A DNA stretch of 64,000 bases, from the NCBI RefSeq assembly GCF_001194135.2, contig NC_068986.1, forward strand, positions 73,815,939 through 73,879,938, written 5' to 3'. This document shows positions 49,721-61,893 of this stretch, piece after piece. Below the pieces are notes generated by a model that saw only the letters and a list, made by a program, of their open reading frames with translations, had not been told where the DNA came from and did no database searches. The number at the start of each line of letters is the position of its first letter. The stretch's first letter is position 1. The stretch comes from Octopus bimaculoides (Eukaryota). Made by a program: the position numbers and the translations under genes.

Positions 49721-51039
49721 GTGTAATCCAAAAGTATTCTAACAAGTACAGTTAACGACTCACACCCACACACATACAAGATATTATTTATGGCATGGAT
49801 GAAGTATATTTTATATGTTTAGTGAAAGACTTTATCAAGTTTCAAAATTAAATTTGACAATGTGAAATAAGAAGAGTTGTGAAGAAGAAATGCTAAAATC
49901 TTGTTTAATTACTTTTCTGCTGGCTGTTTTGTTGCGGCTTTTAATGGACTGTAAGTTTAGATAGATGGACATTGATGCTAACAAATATTTTAAAATGTTC
50001 TTTAATGCAATAAGTTTTCTCTTATGAAACAATTTTATAGTTACACTGTTAATGTTAGTTACTCTTGCATCTTTAATTATATTGAGCTTATAATCCTATC
50101 TATGGCACGAACAACGAATATATTTCTAATCTTTCCTTCATTTTGAAACAGAATACAAAAAAAGAAAAGAAAAAAGAAAAATAACAATGTTAAAACAATT
50201 TTTAATGTTATTAAAATAGCAGTGGTTGTAGCTATTATTAGTGTTGCTCTGCTCTTGTTGAATGGCATTCTGGCACTGAGATGACTAAATAAACAATCAT
50301 AAAACCAGATTTTTAGCTGTGTTACAGTGAGGTTTTATTATCATTGTAAAAATGCTGTTTTTGGATGAAGGGGCTTTTAACATCATCACTGCTATCATCA
50401 TTTTCATTTTATGCTTGCTTTTGCTATGTTGGCATATGTTAAATGAAAGTTTTTGAGACAGTATTGCCTGACTGGATGCCCTTCCCAGTACCAACTATTG
50501 TTTTCAAATACAATTCTTTATTCCCCGTTCTTCTCTTGTTGAACTACCAAGGTTGTGGGTCACAAACAAACAAACTTTCTGACAAAGTGTTGTCAATGCA
50601 AAGTGTTATGGTGTGGGTATACATGTCTGGTGTAAAATGGCATTACATACATAAATAACCTAACACAGAATGCACGCCATATTACTCAAATATAGGTACG
50701 ATGCTCAGAATTCATTGTTCAACTTCCAACTGTTATACTAATACACGTTGAACAAACACAGTAAACCAACATGGCCACTAACACCATCAACTACCTCCTT
50801 GACAGTACACTCAGTTCTTATTTATTGTAATTGGTTAGTCCATCTTCAATCACATGGGGGTGTTCAGGATTCTCCCATAACACAGACACAGACACACATG
50901 CATACATAGAAGCATGCAAACATAAACATATATGTATACACACACACTTACATTTACATACACTCACACAGATTGCCCACACACACTTGTGGTGGGCTTC
51001 TGTATAGTTTCTGTCAGGCAAATTTCACTCACAAAGCAT

Positions 51040-51275
51040 TACGGTGGTAGTAGCAGTAGGTAGTTGTGTTGGTATTGGGTGGTGGTGGTAGTAAAAGTTG
51101 TGGGTGGTTGTGTTGTTTGAAGTAGTAATAGTAATAGTAATATTAGGTGTTGGTAGAAGTAGACAGTGATGGAGGTGGTGGTTGTAGTAGTAGTTGTAGT
51201 AGGTGGTGGTAAGAGTATTTAGCAATAGTAACAAAGTTGTTGTTTTTGCTGTAGTTGTGGTGGTGGTGGTGGCAG
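51040..51275. repeat. Degenerate (GTR/GTT)n triplet low-complexity tract
   Basis: Directly visible. Confidence 0.85.
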
Positions 51276-51627
51276 TGGTTTATTGCTTGCTTTACCCACC
51301 AAACAAACTAAAAGAGAAAACTAACTTTTCAATTAAGCAACTCCCACTTAGACGCATGTCATGTTTAATGGATTCCTTTATCTATTACTATTTAACATTT
51401 AAACAAACAATATGATGAAAATTTGCCTGTTTCAAATGTTATATCTGTTGTACTTAAAGAACTGACATATTGCTATATTAAGGTTAAGAAGAAGATGCAC
51501 TGAATTCTCTGAATATGATATATGTGCATACATATATATATCTACAACTATCAAATAGAATTATGGAAATCATTCATAAAATTGTTATTAGCTATGTCAA
51601 ATACAGTGAGGGAGGAATATTTACTGC

Positions 51628-51628
51628 A

Positions 51629-51661
<33 letters not shown>

Positions 51662-51678
51662 AACACACACACACAAAC

Positions 51679-51777
<99 letters not shown>

Positions 51778-51778
51778 A
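51628..51778. repeat. Long (CA)n microsatellite
   Basis: Directly visible. Confidence 0.98.
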
Positions 51779-52309
51779 AGTCAGAATTTACTTGCAAATG
51801 GACGTATGTACATACTTACATCTACATGTGTATATAGATGCATATCAGGGTACAGGACGTTAGAAAAATGAACTACAGACAACGGAACGAACACATAGGA
51901 AAACAGATAGCCACTTGGAATTCACACACACATTGACACATGTACGTACAGATGCACAAGTATGTAGACACATATATCAACATAGATATATAGATATACA
52001 TATAATATATAGACATACATATACATATAGATTTTTTCAATAAATAAATATGGTATTTCAATGTGTGTGTTTGACAGGGTGGGCATGTGGGAATGTTTAT
52101 ATGTATGTTTTACATGTTTTGTTTGAGAATGAATGATGGACGATACTCTTGACCTTCACAATCTCTCTGAGGCTGATCAGATTGATGTGGTTGGTGTGCA
52201 GCAGGAACCAACCACAAGTTAACACTTGAAGGAAAACACAGAAGTGAGTTGGGACTTCAGAAGGCTGATGACCTGGGAAGAAAGTATTGAAAAAATATGG
52301 GTATTATAG

Positions 52310-52980
52310 GGTGCAGGTGTGGCTGTATGGTAAGAACGTGAAATGCTTAGCGGTATTTTGTCTGCCGTTACGTTCTGAGTTCAAATTCCGCTGAGGTCGA
52401 CTTTGCCTTTTCATCCTTTCGGGGTTGATAAATTAAGTACCAGTTACACACTGGGATTGATGTAATTGACTTAACCCCTTTGTCTGTCCTTGTTCATCCC
52501 CTCTATGTTTAGCCCCTTGTGGGCAATAAAAAAAATAAAATAAAATAAGAAGTTTGTTTCTCAACCACATGGTTCTGGGTTCAGTCCCACTGCGTGACAC
52601 CCCAGGCAAGTGTCTTCTACTATAGCCTTGAGCCAATCAATGCCTTGTGGATGGATTTGGTAGATAGAAACTGAAAGAAGCTGTGTGTGTGTGTATGTGT
52701 GTGTGTGTGTGTGTTTGTTTGTATGTATATATGATTGTATATTTCTATGTGTGTGTGTCTTTGTGTCTGTGTTTGTCCCCTCTCCAACGCTTGACAATCG
52801 ATGTTGGTGTGTTTACATCCCTGTAACTTGGTGGTTTGACAAAAGAGACCAATGGGATAAAGATTAGGCTTTAAAAAAATAGTCTTGGGATCGATGGATC
52901 GATTTGATTGACTAAAACCCTTCAGGGCACTGCCCCAGCATGGCCGCGATCAAATGACTGAAATCAATAAAAAATAAAAG
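52310..52980 (+). mobile_element. Family A SINE with a family B SINE (about 52337-52550) inserted in its tRNA-like head
   Basis: GGTGCAGGTGTGGCTGTATGGTAAGAA, then the family B body, then A-rich AAAATAAGAAG, then family A resumes at TTTGTTTCTCAACCACATGG; AAGAA occurs at both junctions. Confidence 0.8.
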
Positions 52981-53377
52981 AAGAAAAGATAAAAAAGTAT
53001 AGGGCATAGGGAGAGACAACACATTTGTGAGTCTTGGCATTAACTCAAAACAAGCACCCTACCGTCTGCTCTTCACTGTGAATAAGAATCCCTTTGTTGC
53101 AGAAGTAGTAGCTTCTTGAAACATTTTCCAATCCATTTTTTTATTTTGATACTTTGCTCTTGGAACAACCACTTTCTCTGTTGATTTGGCCACTTCTTTG
53201 AAAGTGAATGTAGAAGCAACCAGCTACTTCACTAGTGTTCCTTGGTTATTTAAAGACAATTTTAAAAAATCGTTGTTTGCCCCTCTGCAGTTAGATCAGG
53301 AAGAAATATTTGCAGACTCATTCTTTACATGTCTAGGCAGGTTTGCAAGTTCAAAATATGCTGTGTGCTGTAGGGTA

Positions 53378-53830
53378 TCATCATCATCATCATCATCATC
53401 ATCATCGTTTAACGTCCGCTTTCCATGCTAGCAAGGGTTGGATGATTTGACTGAAGACTGGCAAGCCAGAAGGCTGCACCAGGCTCCAATCTGATCTGGC
53501 AGAGTTTCTACAGCTGGATGCCCTTCCTAACGCCAACCACTCCAAAAGTGTAGTGGGTGCTTTTATNNNNNNNNNNGCCAGAAGGCTGCACCAGGCTCCA
53601 ATCTGATCTGGCAGAGTTTCTACAGCTGGATGCCCTTCCTAACGCCAACCACTCCAAAAGTGTAGTGGGTGCTTTTATGTGCCACCGGCACGAGGGCCAG
53701 TCCAGCGGTACTGGCAACAACCTCGCTCGAATGATTTTCTAACGTGCCACCAGCACAATTGCTAGAAGGCAACGCTGGTAACAATTACACTCTAATGGTG
53801 CTATTTACAGGCCACTAGCACAGAAGCCAA
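53378..53830 (-). mobile_element. Family D repeat with (CAT)n tail complement
   Basis: (CAT)n CGTTTAACGTCCGCTTTCCATGCTAGC...; includes an artefactual duplication across the N-gap. Confidence 0.8.
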
Positions 53831-54049
53831 ACAGCTGCTCTGACAAACGTCTCCCTTTTTGATATCAGTGTACTCAGCTCACTTGTCTCATTTGTACATG
53901 GCATTCTGAGACACTGGTATTTTTACGTGTGACACGTCAGGAAGAAGTGTTTTATCAGTTGCAGATATAAGCACTGATCAGAAAAACAATTCTGTTCACT
54001 GAAAATATAAACAAAGCCAGTGGCTTTGGCTAGACTCAAAGTTTTGGCT

Positions 54050-54100
54050 ATATCTGACTGATGAGGCACAGCATGTCGAAAAACTGGTGTTCCAGAATGC
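54050..54100 (+). ncRNA. Hammerhead-ribozyme-like motif (type I topology, imperfect)
   Basis: CTGATGA(54058-54064)-GGCA-cagca-TGTC-GAAA, then AAC tggt GTT C and possible TCTG/CAGA stem I; two extra A residues relative to the canonical fold. Confidence 0.35.
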
Positions 54101-54532
54101 TGTGCACCAGTGAGATGAGTGTGCTGAGCACGTTATTGTTTAAAAGGGAGAAATTATTTTTCTGTGACATACACTACAGCACCCAGCATATTTTGCATTG
54201 TGCCAGCCTAAACATGTTAAAAATGAATATGCAAGTAGTCATTCAAACAATTTGTTTCACTGAAACTCTTACTGCTAACTACTCGTGTACGTCTGCTCCA
54301 TATGAAGTCTACCGTCACTGTTAGCCTGGTTGTGATCCTTCTGGACCTGTTGTGTGGCCATAATGTACATGGGGTAACTAAACTGGCACTTTGTTGTTTA
54401 CGATAACAAGGGTTCCAGTTGATCCTGTCAATGGAACAACATGCTTGCTAAATTTATGTGCAAGTGGCTGAGCACACCACAGACATGCACACCCTTAACA
54501 TTGTTCTGTAGGAGTATACCTGCATGGACAAC

Positions 54533-54573
<41 letters not shown>

Positions 54574-54999
54574 CAGCATGACACACAATATGACAAGGCT
54601 GGCTCTTTGAATTACAGGTCCTACTCATTTTTGCCCAGCTGAATGGACTGGAGCAATGTTAAATAAAGTGTCTTGCTCAAGAACACAATGTGCTGCAGGT
54701 AATCGAACTTGCGACCTTACGATTGTGAGCTGAATACTCCTAACCACTAAGCCACACAGTTTGACTCTCACTGCTATACCCAACAGACTATACTGCACTG
54801 CACTACTTTATCTTCAGCTGCTGAAGATAAAGTATCTTGATCATGAACACAACACACAGATTGTGACAGAACATGTGTGACCTGCTGACCTCTTAACTAC
54901 AGCCGTCCATGTTGTTTATAGCAGTAGATTCTACTCATTTGGAATACTGAAGTTCATATGCATAGTGTGTGTGTGTGTGTGTGCATGCACATGTAAATG

Positions 55000-55450
55000 G
55001 GATGCAGGCATACACTGAAGTGGTGGAGTAAATTTGATTTGCATTCATGAAGTCTCCTGTATTTGAACTCAGTATGCCACACTTTGGATTAAGTGTCCTT
55101 CTTCTACAATTCCCTTGGTTTGATATGGTACACTGTAAAGAATTAGTATGTACTCCTTTTATGCATATAATGCATGAATAAGTCACTAATGATAGCTGAG
55201 CCTCGTCTTCTTTTCTGCTAAGTCTTTTGTTTTTCCTGAGATTTCCTTCGAAGTCTTTTGATTCTAAGATACACTTCCATGTTTAGATTTTCTTCTCTAA
55301 GTCTTTGGCAGGTTCAGCTATAAGTATGAAATCACTGATTTCATCCAAGTGTTCTTGAGAATAATAAATTCTAAGTGTCTTTGTTAAGGTTTGTGAAACT
55401 AAATTGAACTCGAGGGTAACTGAGAACTGATCCCTGATCAACATCATCCT
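55000..55450 (-). mobile_element. Decayed RTE-clade reverse transcriptase fragment
   Basis: DQGSVLS, PLEFNLV, ILIAEPAKDLEKKI*TWKCILESK, then CIICIKGVHTNSLQCT; follows the QGSVLSPLLF...YADDLVLIAE...WK..LE.KG order of RTE RTs. Confidence 0.65.
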
Positions 55451-56279
55451 GTTTGATATGGCCATTTGCTACGTCCCTTACTGTGTGTGTATGTGCACAT
55501 AATCACACGCACACACTGTTTAATTCTTCCCTCTGTTGCTATCCAAAGTTTTCTGTTCCAAGGAATATTCATCTATTTTATTATTCTCCCTTATTTCCGC
55601 ACCCAATGTCAACATTCTTGTTCACATATAATTGATGTTACCTTTATATATTGGTACTACCTTTATATATTCATAGTTTTTTTTTGTTTTTTTTTTAATT
55701 ATCTTAACATCCTACAACACTCTACACGTCTACACATATACAGGTCTTGCAAACAGGCATATAGTGTACACAAACAATATTTGCAAAAACCATATACTAG
55801 AAAATATTACCAAGTTTTTACAACACATACATACATGTACACATGTAAGTACATATGCATATGTATGTTTGCATGTATGTCTATTTATATATATATATAT
55901 ACACATCTATACTTTTGAAAGGCAGAGCTATCCATCTAATCTCCACCATGACACCATTTTAATAACAGATGTTATTGATCTTTATATAAAACCTAGCAAT
56001 TTTCTTCTAGATGACTTGTGAATCAAGAAAAGGAATTGATTTGGAGGGAAAATTTCTAAACGAAAATTATTACACACATACACAAAAAAACATACACACA
56101 CATGCGCGTGCACACACATGCGCGTGCACACACACACACATACACACACTTACAAACACATGTGGGCACACATGCATATCATTACCGTAATCATCGTTTT
56201 ACATCAGATTTCAATGCTGGGGTAATATGTCATTGCCCTGTCCAACCCATGCCAGCACAGAAAGCAGGTGAAAAATTAT

Positions 56280-56310
<31 letters not shown>

Positions 56311-56516
56311 ACACACATGTATATGTATGTGTGTGCGTGTGTGTGTATAGGTACATTGGTGCAAGCAAGAAAAATAGAACTCAAAATATGAATATTCTTC
56401 TATTCTTTTACTTGTTTCAGTCATATGACTGCAGCCATGCTGGAGCACCATCGTTAGCCGAAGAAATTGACCCCATGAGTTATTCTTTTACAGTGTGACA
56501 TTTCTTTTGTAGTTCA

Positions 56517-56551
<35 letters not shown>

Positions 56552-57129
56552 TATATTTTATATTTGGTTTCCCATGCTAGCATGAGTTAGATGAATATGT
56601 ATTACGAAGGCGTTGTTGTTATAGCTGGTTGCCCTTTCTGTCACTTATCCTTACTGGGTTTTCAGATAAGGAAGTTTTCAATCCGCTCTTCTTTGAAAGT
56701 ACAGTACAGTGCTGCTGGATGACTCATTGATAGCTCATTGCTATATTTTGAAAAAGGACAAAATGCAAACGCCACATAAACACATACCAACAAACATAGA
56801 CCCACTCATATACATGCATTTGAACATACAGACACACACTCAGACACATCTAGATATGTGATACACTTCATACGGTTTCTATCAACCACATTTACTCCAA
56901 AGTTATTGGTTGGTTTCAATCTATAATAGAAGACACCTACCCATGCCACTGTGTGATGGGATTGAACTCGACAGCATGTGTTTGCACAACAAATTTCTTA
57001 ACCACACCACCATGTCTGTACCTAAGTATATACATATGTGTGTATGTGTGAGAATGCATGTGTATTTATCAGTAGCTATCTACAGTTACATTTTTAATAT
57101 GTATGTATACATATTTTTACATATAGCTT

Positions 57130-57171
<42 letters not shown>

Positions 57172-57715
57172 GCATGCATGCTTACATATTCTTCTTCAGC
57201 AATCGATTGGAGATTGCAAGTTTCAGCAAACAACAGACACCCACACACTCTGCAAACATGCACATACATATGCACACACATAAAAATATATATCTGTATG
57301 ATGTAAACATACACACATGCATACACACACATACACTCACAGTCATACACATACAATCACATACATACACATGCATACATACATGTTTGTTTGTTTTTTG
57401 CATATGAAAACAGTTAAACATTAAGTTGAAGGATTACTTAATACTTTTGAGTGAACTATAATATTTATTTTTTTACTTACTGTCAGAGACCGTCTAAAAG
57501 TAAATAAATACCAACAGTAACCATGGAATTTCATGGTTACTTTGAAAACTCAAAGATGGATGGAAATTTATTGAGAACAGCAAGGAATCATTTCTCTTGA
57601 AATTTTTTTTCTCTCTAAAACAAATGAATTTTGAGATGGTGTAAAACTTCACATAGGTGGTATTGTAGCTGCCCGCCCCTGAGCTGTAAATTATATAAAA
57701 ATATACCAGTAATAT

Positions 57716-58132
57716 AGGTGCAGGAGTGGCTGTGTAGTAAGTAGCTTGCTTACCAACCACATGGTCTCGGGTTCAGTCCCACTGTGTGGCACCTTGGGCA
57801 AGTGTCTTCTACTATAGCCTAGGGCCGACCAAAGCCTTGTGAGTGGATTTGGTAGACGGAAACTGAAAGAAGCTTGTCGTATATATATAAATGTATGTAT
57901 GTGCGTGTATATGTTGTTTAGCTGTATTTATCCCCACAACATCGCTTGACAACCAATGTTAGTGTGTTTAGGTCCCCGTAACTTGGCGGTTCGGCAAAAG
58001 GGACCGATAGAATAAGTATTAGGCTTACAAAGAATAAGTCCTGGGGTTGATTTGATTCGACTAAAGGCCGTGATCCAGCATGGCTGCAGTCAAATTACTG
58101 AAACAAGTAAAAAAAATCAAAAAATAAAAGAG
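57716..58132 (+). mobile_element. tRNA-derived SINE, family A, full length
   Basis: AGGTGCAGGAGTGGCTGTGTAGTAAG ... AAATTACTGAAACAAGTAAAA. Confidence 0.88.
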
Positions 58133-58352
58133 TAATATAGGCACAAGCATAATAGTTCTAAGTTTGGTTTCACTGCAGAGTAACATGGACTATGGTCTAA
58201 TATAGCTTTGACTTTGGTGTTTCTCCCTCTCCCTTTCTCTTTTCCTCTCTCTCTCTCTCACACACACACACTTCTTTTCATTTTAATTAGGACTACTCTT
58301 ATGTTGAGTGAATTAAAATTATATGAACATAAAATATAATTATATACATACT

Positions 58353-58500
58353 CGGTGGGAGTAGCAAATATTCGAATGAGACTTTCGAAGACTGAAGTGA
58401 AGAAGGGTTCCATGCCAACGGCGGTCGAGCATGGGTCAATCTGTCCTAAGAAGTGGGCGAAAGCTTCCATGAAGGGCGCTGGATCCGTTGCGAACGAACG
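58353..58500 (+). pseudogene. 28S (LSU) rRNA fragment, retroposed pseudogene
   Basis: GGTGGGAGTAGCAAATATTC...GAAGTGAAGAAGGGTTCCATG...CATGGGTCAATCTGTCCTAAG matches the conserved eukaryotic LSU segment GGTGGTAGTAGCAAATATTC...GAAGTGGAGAAGGGTTCCATG...CATGGGTCAGTCGGTCCT (recalled, not searched). Flanked by TACATACT direct repeats at 58345-58352 and 58501-58508. Confidence 0.88.
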
Positions 58501-58544
58501 TACATACTTTCCTTATATACATCTTTTCAATGAATACACATGAA

Positions 58545-58825
58545 GCCAGTGACCCCTGACTGGCTCCTGTGCTGGTGGCACGTAAAAAGTACCATCCGAA
58601 TGTGGTCAATGCCAGTGCCGCCTGACTGGCTCCTGTGCCAGTGGAACGTAAAAAGCACCCACTACACTCTCAGAATGGTTGGCATTAGGAAGGGCATCTC
58701 GCTGTAGAAACCTTGCCAGATCAGATAGGAGCCTGGTGCAGACTACTGGTTTGCCAGTCCTCAGTCAAGCCGTCCAACCCATGCCAGCATGGAAAACGGC
58801 CGTTAAATGATGACGATGATGATGA
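58545..58825 (+). mobile_element. Family D repeat with (GAT)n tail
   Basis: Ends CCAACCCATGCCAGCATGGAAAACGGCCGTTAAATGATGACGATGATG. Confidence 0.8.
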
Positions 58826-59472
58826 CACACATATATGCATATACATATATGCAAACATATTGATATGTATATATTTCCAAAGGTCGTGCACTAGCAGAAT
58901 CATTTACCTACCTGGCAAAATGCTCAGCAGTGTTTTGTCTGTCTTTACTTACTGGACTCAAATTTTGCTGAGGGTAACTTTGCTTTTTCTCCCTTCTGGG
59001 GTCGGTAAAATAAGTACCAGTTAAACACTGGGGTTGATGTAATTGACTTAACCCGCCCCCCCCCCAAAAAAAAAATTAGTGGCCTTGTGCCAAAATTTGA
59101 AACCAGTATACATACATACATGTCTTACACACACACATGCACACACATTACGTTTTAGGGTCAGTTTTCTTCTCAATGCAAAACTTTCTCAAAAAAAAAA
59201 AATACTTCTGACTGCATTTTATCTCCTGGAGATTCCTTTCTGTTTAAAATTTAATCTATTTGAAAATTCACAATCCCAATTTTTAATCAAACATTCTCAA
59301 AAAGAATTGTTAATTCATTCTATATAAGAAAAATGTTCTCAAGTTTAATGCCAGTTTAATAAGTGCTATACAGGAGCTCAATCAAACTGTCTTAAATAAT
59401 AATGATAATACAGTTCTATATTTAAGAGATGAATAATTATGTACATTATTTACATTTGACAGATATACCCAC

Positions 59473-59543
59473 GGGCATATGACATAGTGGTTAAGATCAC
59501 AGGCTACTAACCCCAAGATTCCAAGTTTAATTCCAAGCAGTAA

Positions 59544-59578
<35 letters not shown>

Positions 59579-59720
59579 TCGAAAAATACCTTAGGAATAA
59601 GAACCCAGGTTCAAAACTTCCCCAAGACACCTGATGAAGGCTGGAGGGTATATCAGCTGAAACGGTGTTAACAACAAACAAGATGAGGATAAATATCTGT
59701 CAAATGTAAATAATGTAAAT
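59473..59720 (+). mobile_element. tRNA-headed SINE-like element carrying a hammerhead-like core
   Basis: GGGCATATGACATAGTGGTTAAG (box A), GTTTAATTCC (box-B-like), (AAT)n spacer, CTGATGA-A-GGCTG-loop-CAGCT-GAAAC at 59631-59663, (AATGTAAAT)n tail. Confidence 0.6.
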
Positions 59721-59879
59721 AACCATAATAATCATAATAGTAGTTCCAGGTTCAGTCCCACCATGCGGCACTTTGAGTGAGCATCTACTATAGCCTTGGG
59801 CTGACCAAAGCTTTGTGAGGGAATTTGGTAGACAGAAACTGTATGAAACCTGTATTGGAGTGAGAGAGGCAAGAGTGTT

Positions 59880-60215
59880 TATAAATGATAGGAAAGCTTG
59901 TAGAGTATTTGTGGATGGATGAATGAATTTTGATGTTGCTCAAAGGGGTAAGGAACCAACATGATGCGGCGGGGGTAAACCAGCATATGCTGCTGGGCCC
60001 TGTTGCTGATATTGGGGGTTACGTTCCATACCTTGACCCGAGCATAGAATGGGGCTTGGGCCTTTGAGTTGGAAAATGAATGGAATGCCTGGTGTGTGTC
60101 TTGTTGTCACTACCCACTCCTAAAAAAATGGAGAATAGGCCTGGGTATAGATGATGATGATGATGATGATGACGACGGCGATGGCGGCGGCAATGACGGC
60201 GACGGTGGTGGTGGT
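59880..60215 (+). mobile_element. GC-richer retroelement 3' end with (GAT)/(GAC)/(GGC)n tail, lying between two halves of a family A SINE
   Basis: SINE 5' half at about 59745-59850 and 3' half at about 60215-60430; the insert ends GGCCTGGGTATAGATGATGATG. Confidence 0.45.
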
Positions 60216-60878
60216 GTGTGTGTGTGTGTGTGCTTGTCTTTGTATCTGTCTTTGTCCACCACCACTGCTTGACAACCAGTATTGGTGTGATTGCATCCTT
60301 GTAACTTAGTGGTTTGGCAAAAGAGAATAATAAAATAAAAGTAGCAGGCTTTTGAAAAACACAAGTCCTGGGGTTGATTTGTTCAACTTGAACCCTTCAA
60401 AACGGTGCCCCAGCAAACACTAAAACAAGTAAATGGTCTGTGTTTGAGTGAGTGAGCATGTGCGTATGTGTGTCTGTCCACACAAGTCTGTTTTCTGTTT
60501 ATGCCACTTAAAACTAATTATGTTGTTTATATAATGTAACATAACAGCTTAACAAATAACACATTGGTAAAATGTACCAAACTTAAAAATGGACATTGAG
60601 GTCATTATGCCACTCTAAACCCTCGTATGTAAAGCCCCAGCATGGCCCAGTCCAATAGCCAGTAAAATACTTAGTGATTAAAAGAGTATATACTTTATTT
60701 AATATTTATTCAATAATGATTTGTCTGAAGAATGACAAAAATGTATTTCTTCAGATAATGTCTTTGATTTCCTTCCACAGGTTATCTGTCAAATGTCTTA
60801 TGAATCATATTAATTTTATACCTTTGGTTTTGTCCCCTAATTAGAGCATATTAGAGTATAGTTACATCCTCAGTGAAT

Positions 60879-61197
60879 GCACATGGTCCAGTGGTTAGAG
60901 CATTGGGCTCACACTCATGAGGTAGTGAGTTCATTTCCCAGACTGGGTTCTGTGTTGTGTTCTTGGGTAAGACACTTTATTTCATGTTGCTCCAGTTCAT
61001 TCAGCTGTAGAAATGGTGCCAAGCTGTATCAGCCTTTGCTTTTCTCTTGGATAACATTGGTGGCATGGAGAGGAGAGGCTGGTATGTATGGGCGACTGCT
61101 GGTTTTCTATAAACAACTTTGCCTGGACTTGTGCCTCAGAGGGGAACTTTCTAGGTTCAATCCCATGGTCATTCATGACTGAAGCGGGTGTTTACCC
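60879..61197 (+). mobile_element. tRNA-derived SINE, family C
   Basis: GCACATGGTCCAGTGGTTAGAGC head; colinear with 45820-46154. Confidence 0.85.
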
Positions 61198-61480
61198 TTT
61201 ATTTTATATATTCAGAAACAAGTACAATGATATTATAGATATAATAGATATAAAAGTTTTGATTGAGCAGATGACAGTTAATTGCATTTAAGCATATGCA
61301 CTAAGTAACTCATGAGTAAGAAGGGAATCGTTTGATTATGTATTACTACACTTTTTATTTCTTCATCTTCATTAACCAGTATTTCTACTAATGATTCCAC
61401 GCCACTACTATTTTAACTGCTAGTATTGTTCAAAGTATATTCAGATGTGTGTGTGTGATAATGTCTCTCATGTCTCAAGG

Positions 61481-61893
61481 CAGAAACGTTAGCACGCTGG
61501 GCGAAATGCTTAGCATTATTTCGTCTGCTGTTACGTTCTGAGTTCAAATTCCGCCAAGGTTGACTTTGCCTTTCATCTTTTCAGGGTTGATAAATTAATA
61601 CCAGTTATGCACTGGGGTTGATATAATCGACTTAATCCCTTTGTCTGTCCTTGTTTGTCCCCTCTATGTTTAGCCCTTTGTGGGCAATAAAGAAATAAGA
61701 AACGTTAGTACGCCAGGTGAAATGCATAACAGTATTTCATCTGTCTTTACGATAGGAGTTCAAATTCTGTTGAGGTCGACTTTGCCTTTCATCCTTTCAA
61801 AGTCGATAAATTAAGTACCAGTTGCATACTGGGGGTGATCTAATTGACTGCCCCCCCCCAAATATTTGGGCCTTGTACCTAGAGTAGAAAAGA
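61481..61893 (+). mobile_element. Two tandem family B SINEs
   Basis: The AGAAACGTTAGYACGCYRGGYGAAATGC head and the GACTTTGCCTTTCATCYTTTC core each occur twice. Confidence 0.85.

Noticed and set aside
53040-53370. Possible exon(s) on either strand (MDWKMFQEATTSATKGFLFTVKSR; ATSLKVNVEATSYF...)
   Set aside because: There is no consistent splice and frame combination and no recognisable homology.
53465-53680. Exact ~100-bp tandem duplication
   Set aside because: Identical copies flank a 10-N gap, typical of an unmerged contig overlap (assembly artefact).
1563-57760. Recurring peptides such as PKVPRSGTEPGTMWLVSKLLTTQP and EDTCPRCHAVGLNPEPCG, resembling a multigene family
   Set aside because: They are alternative frames of the family A SINE; frames and stops vary freely between copies.
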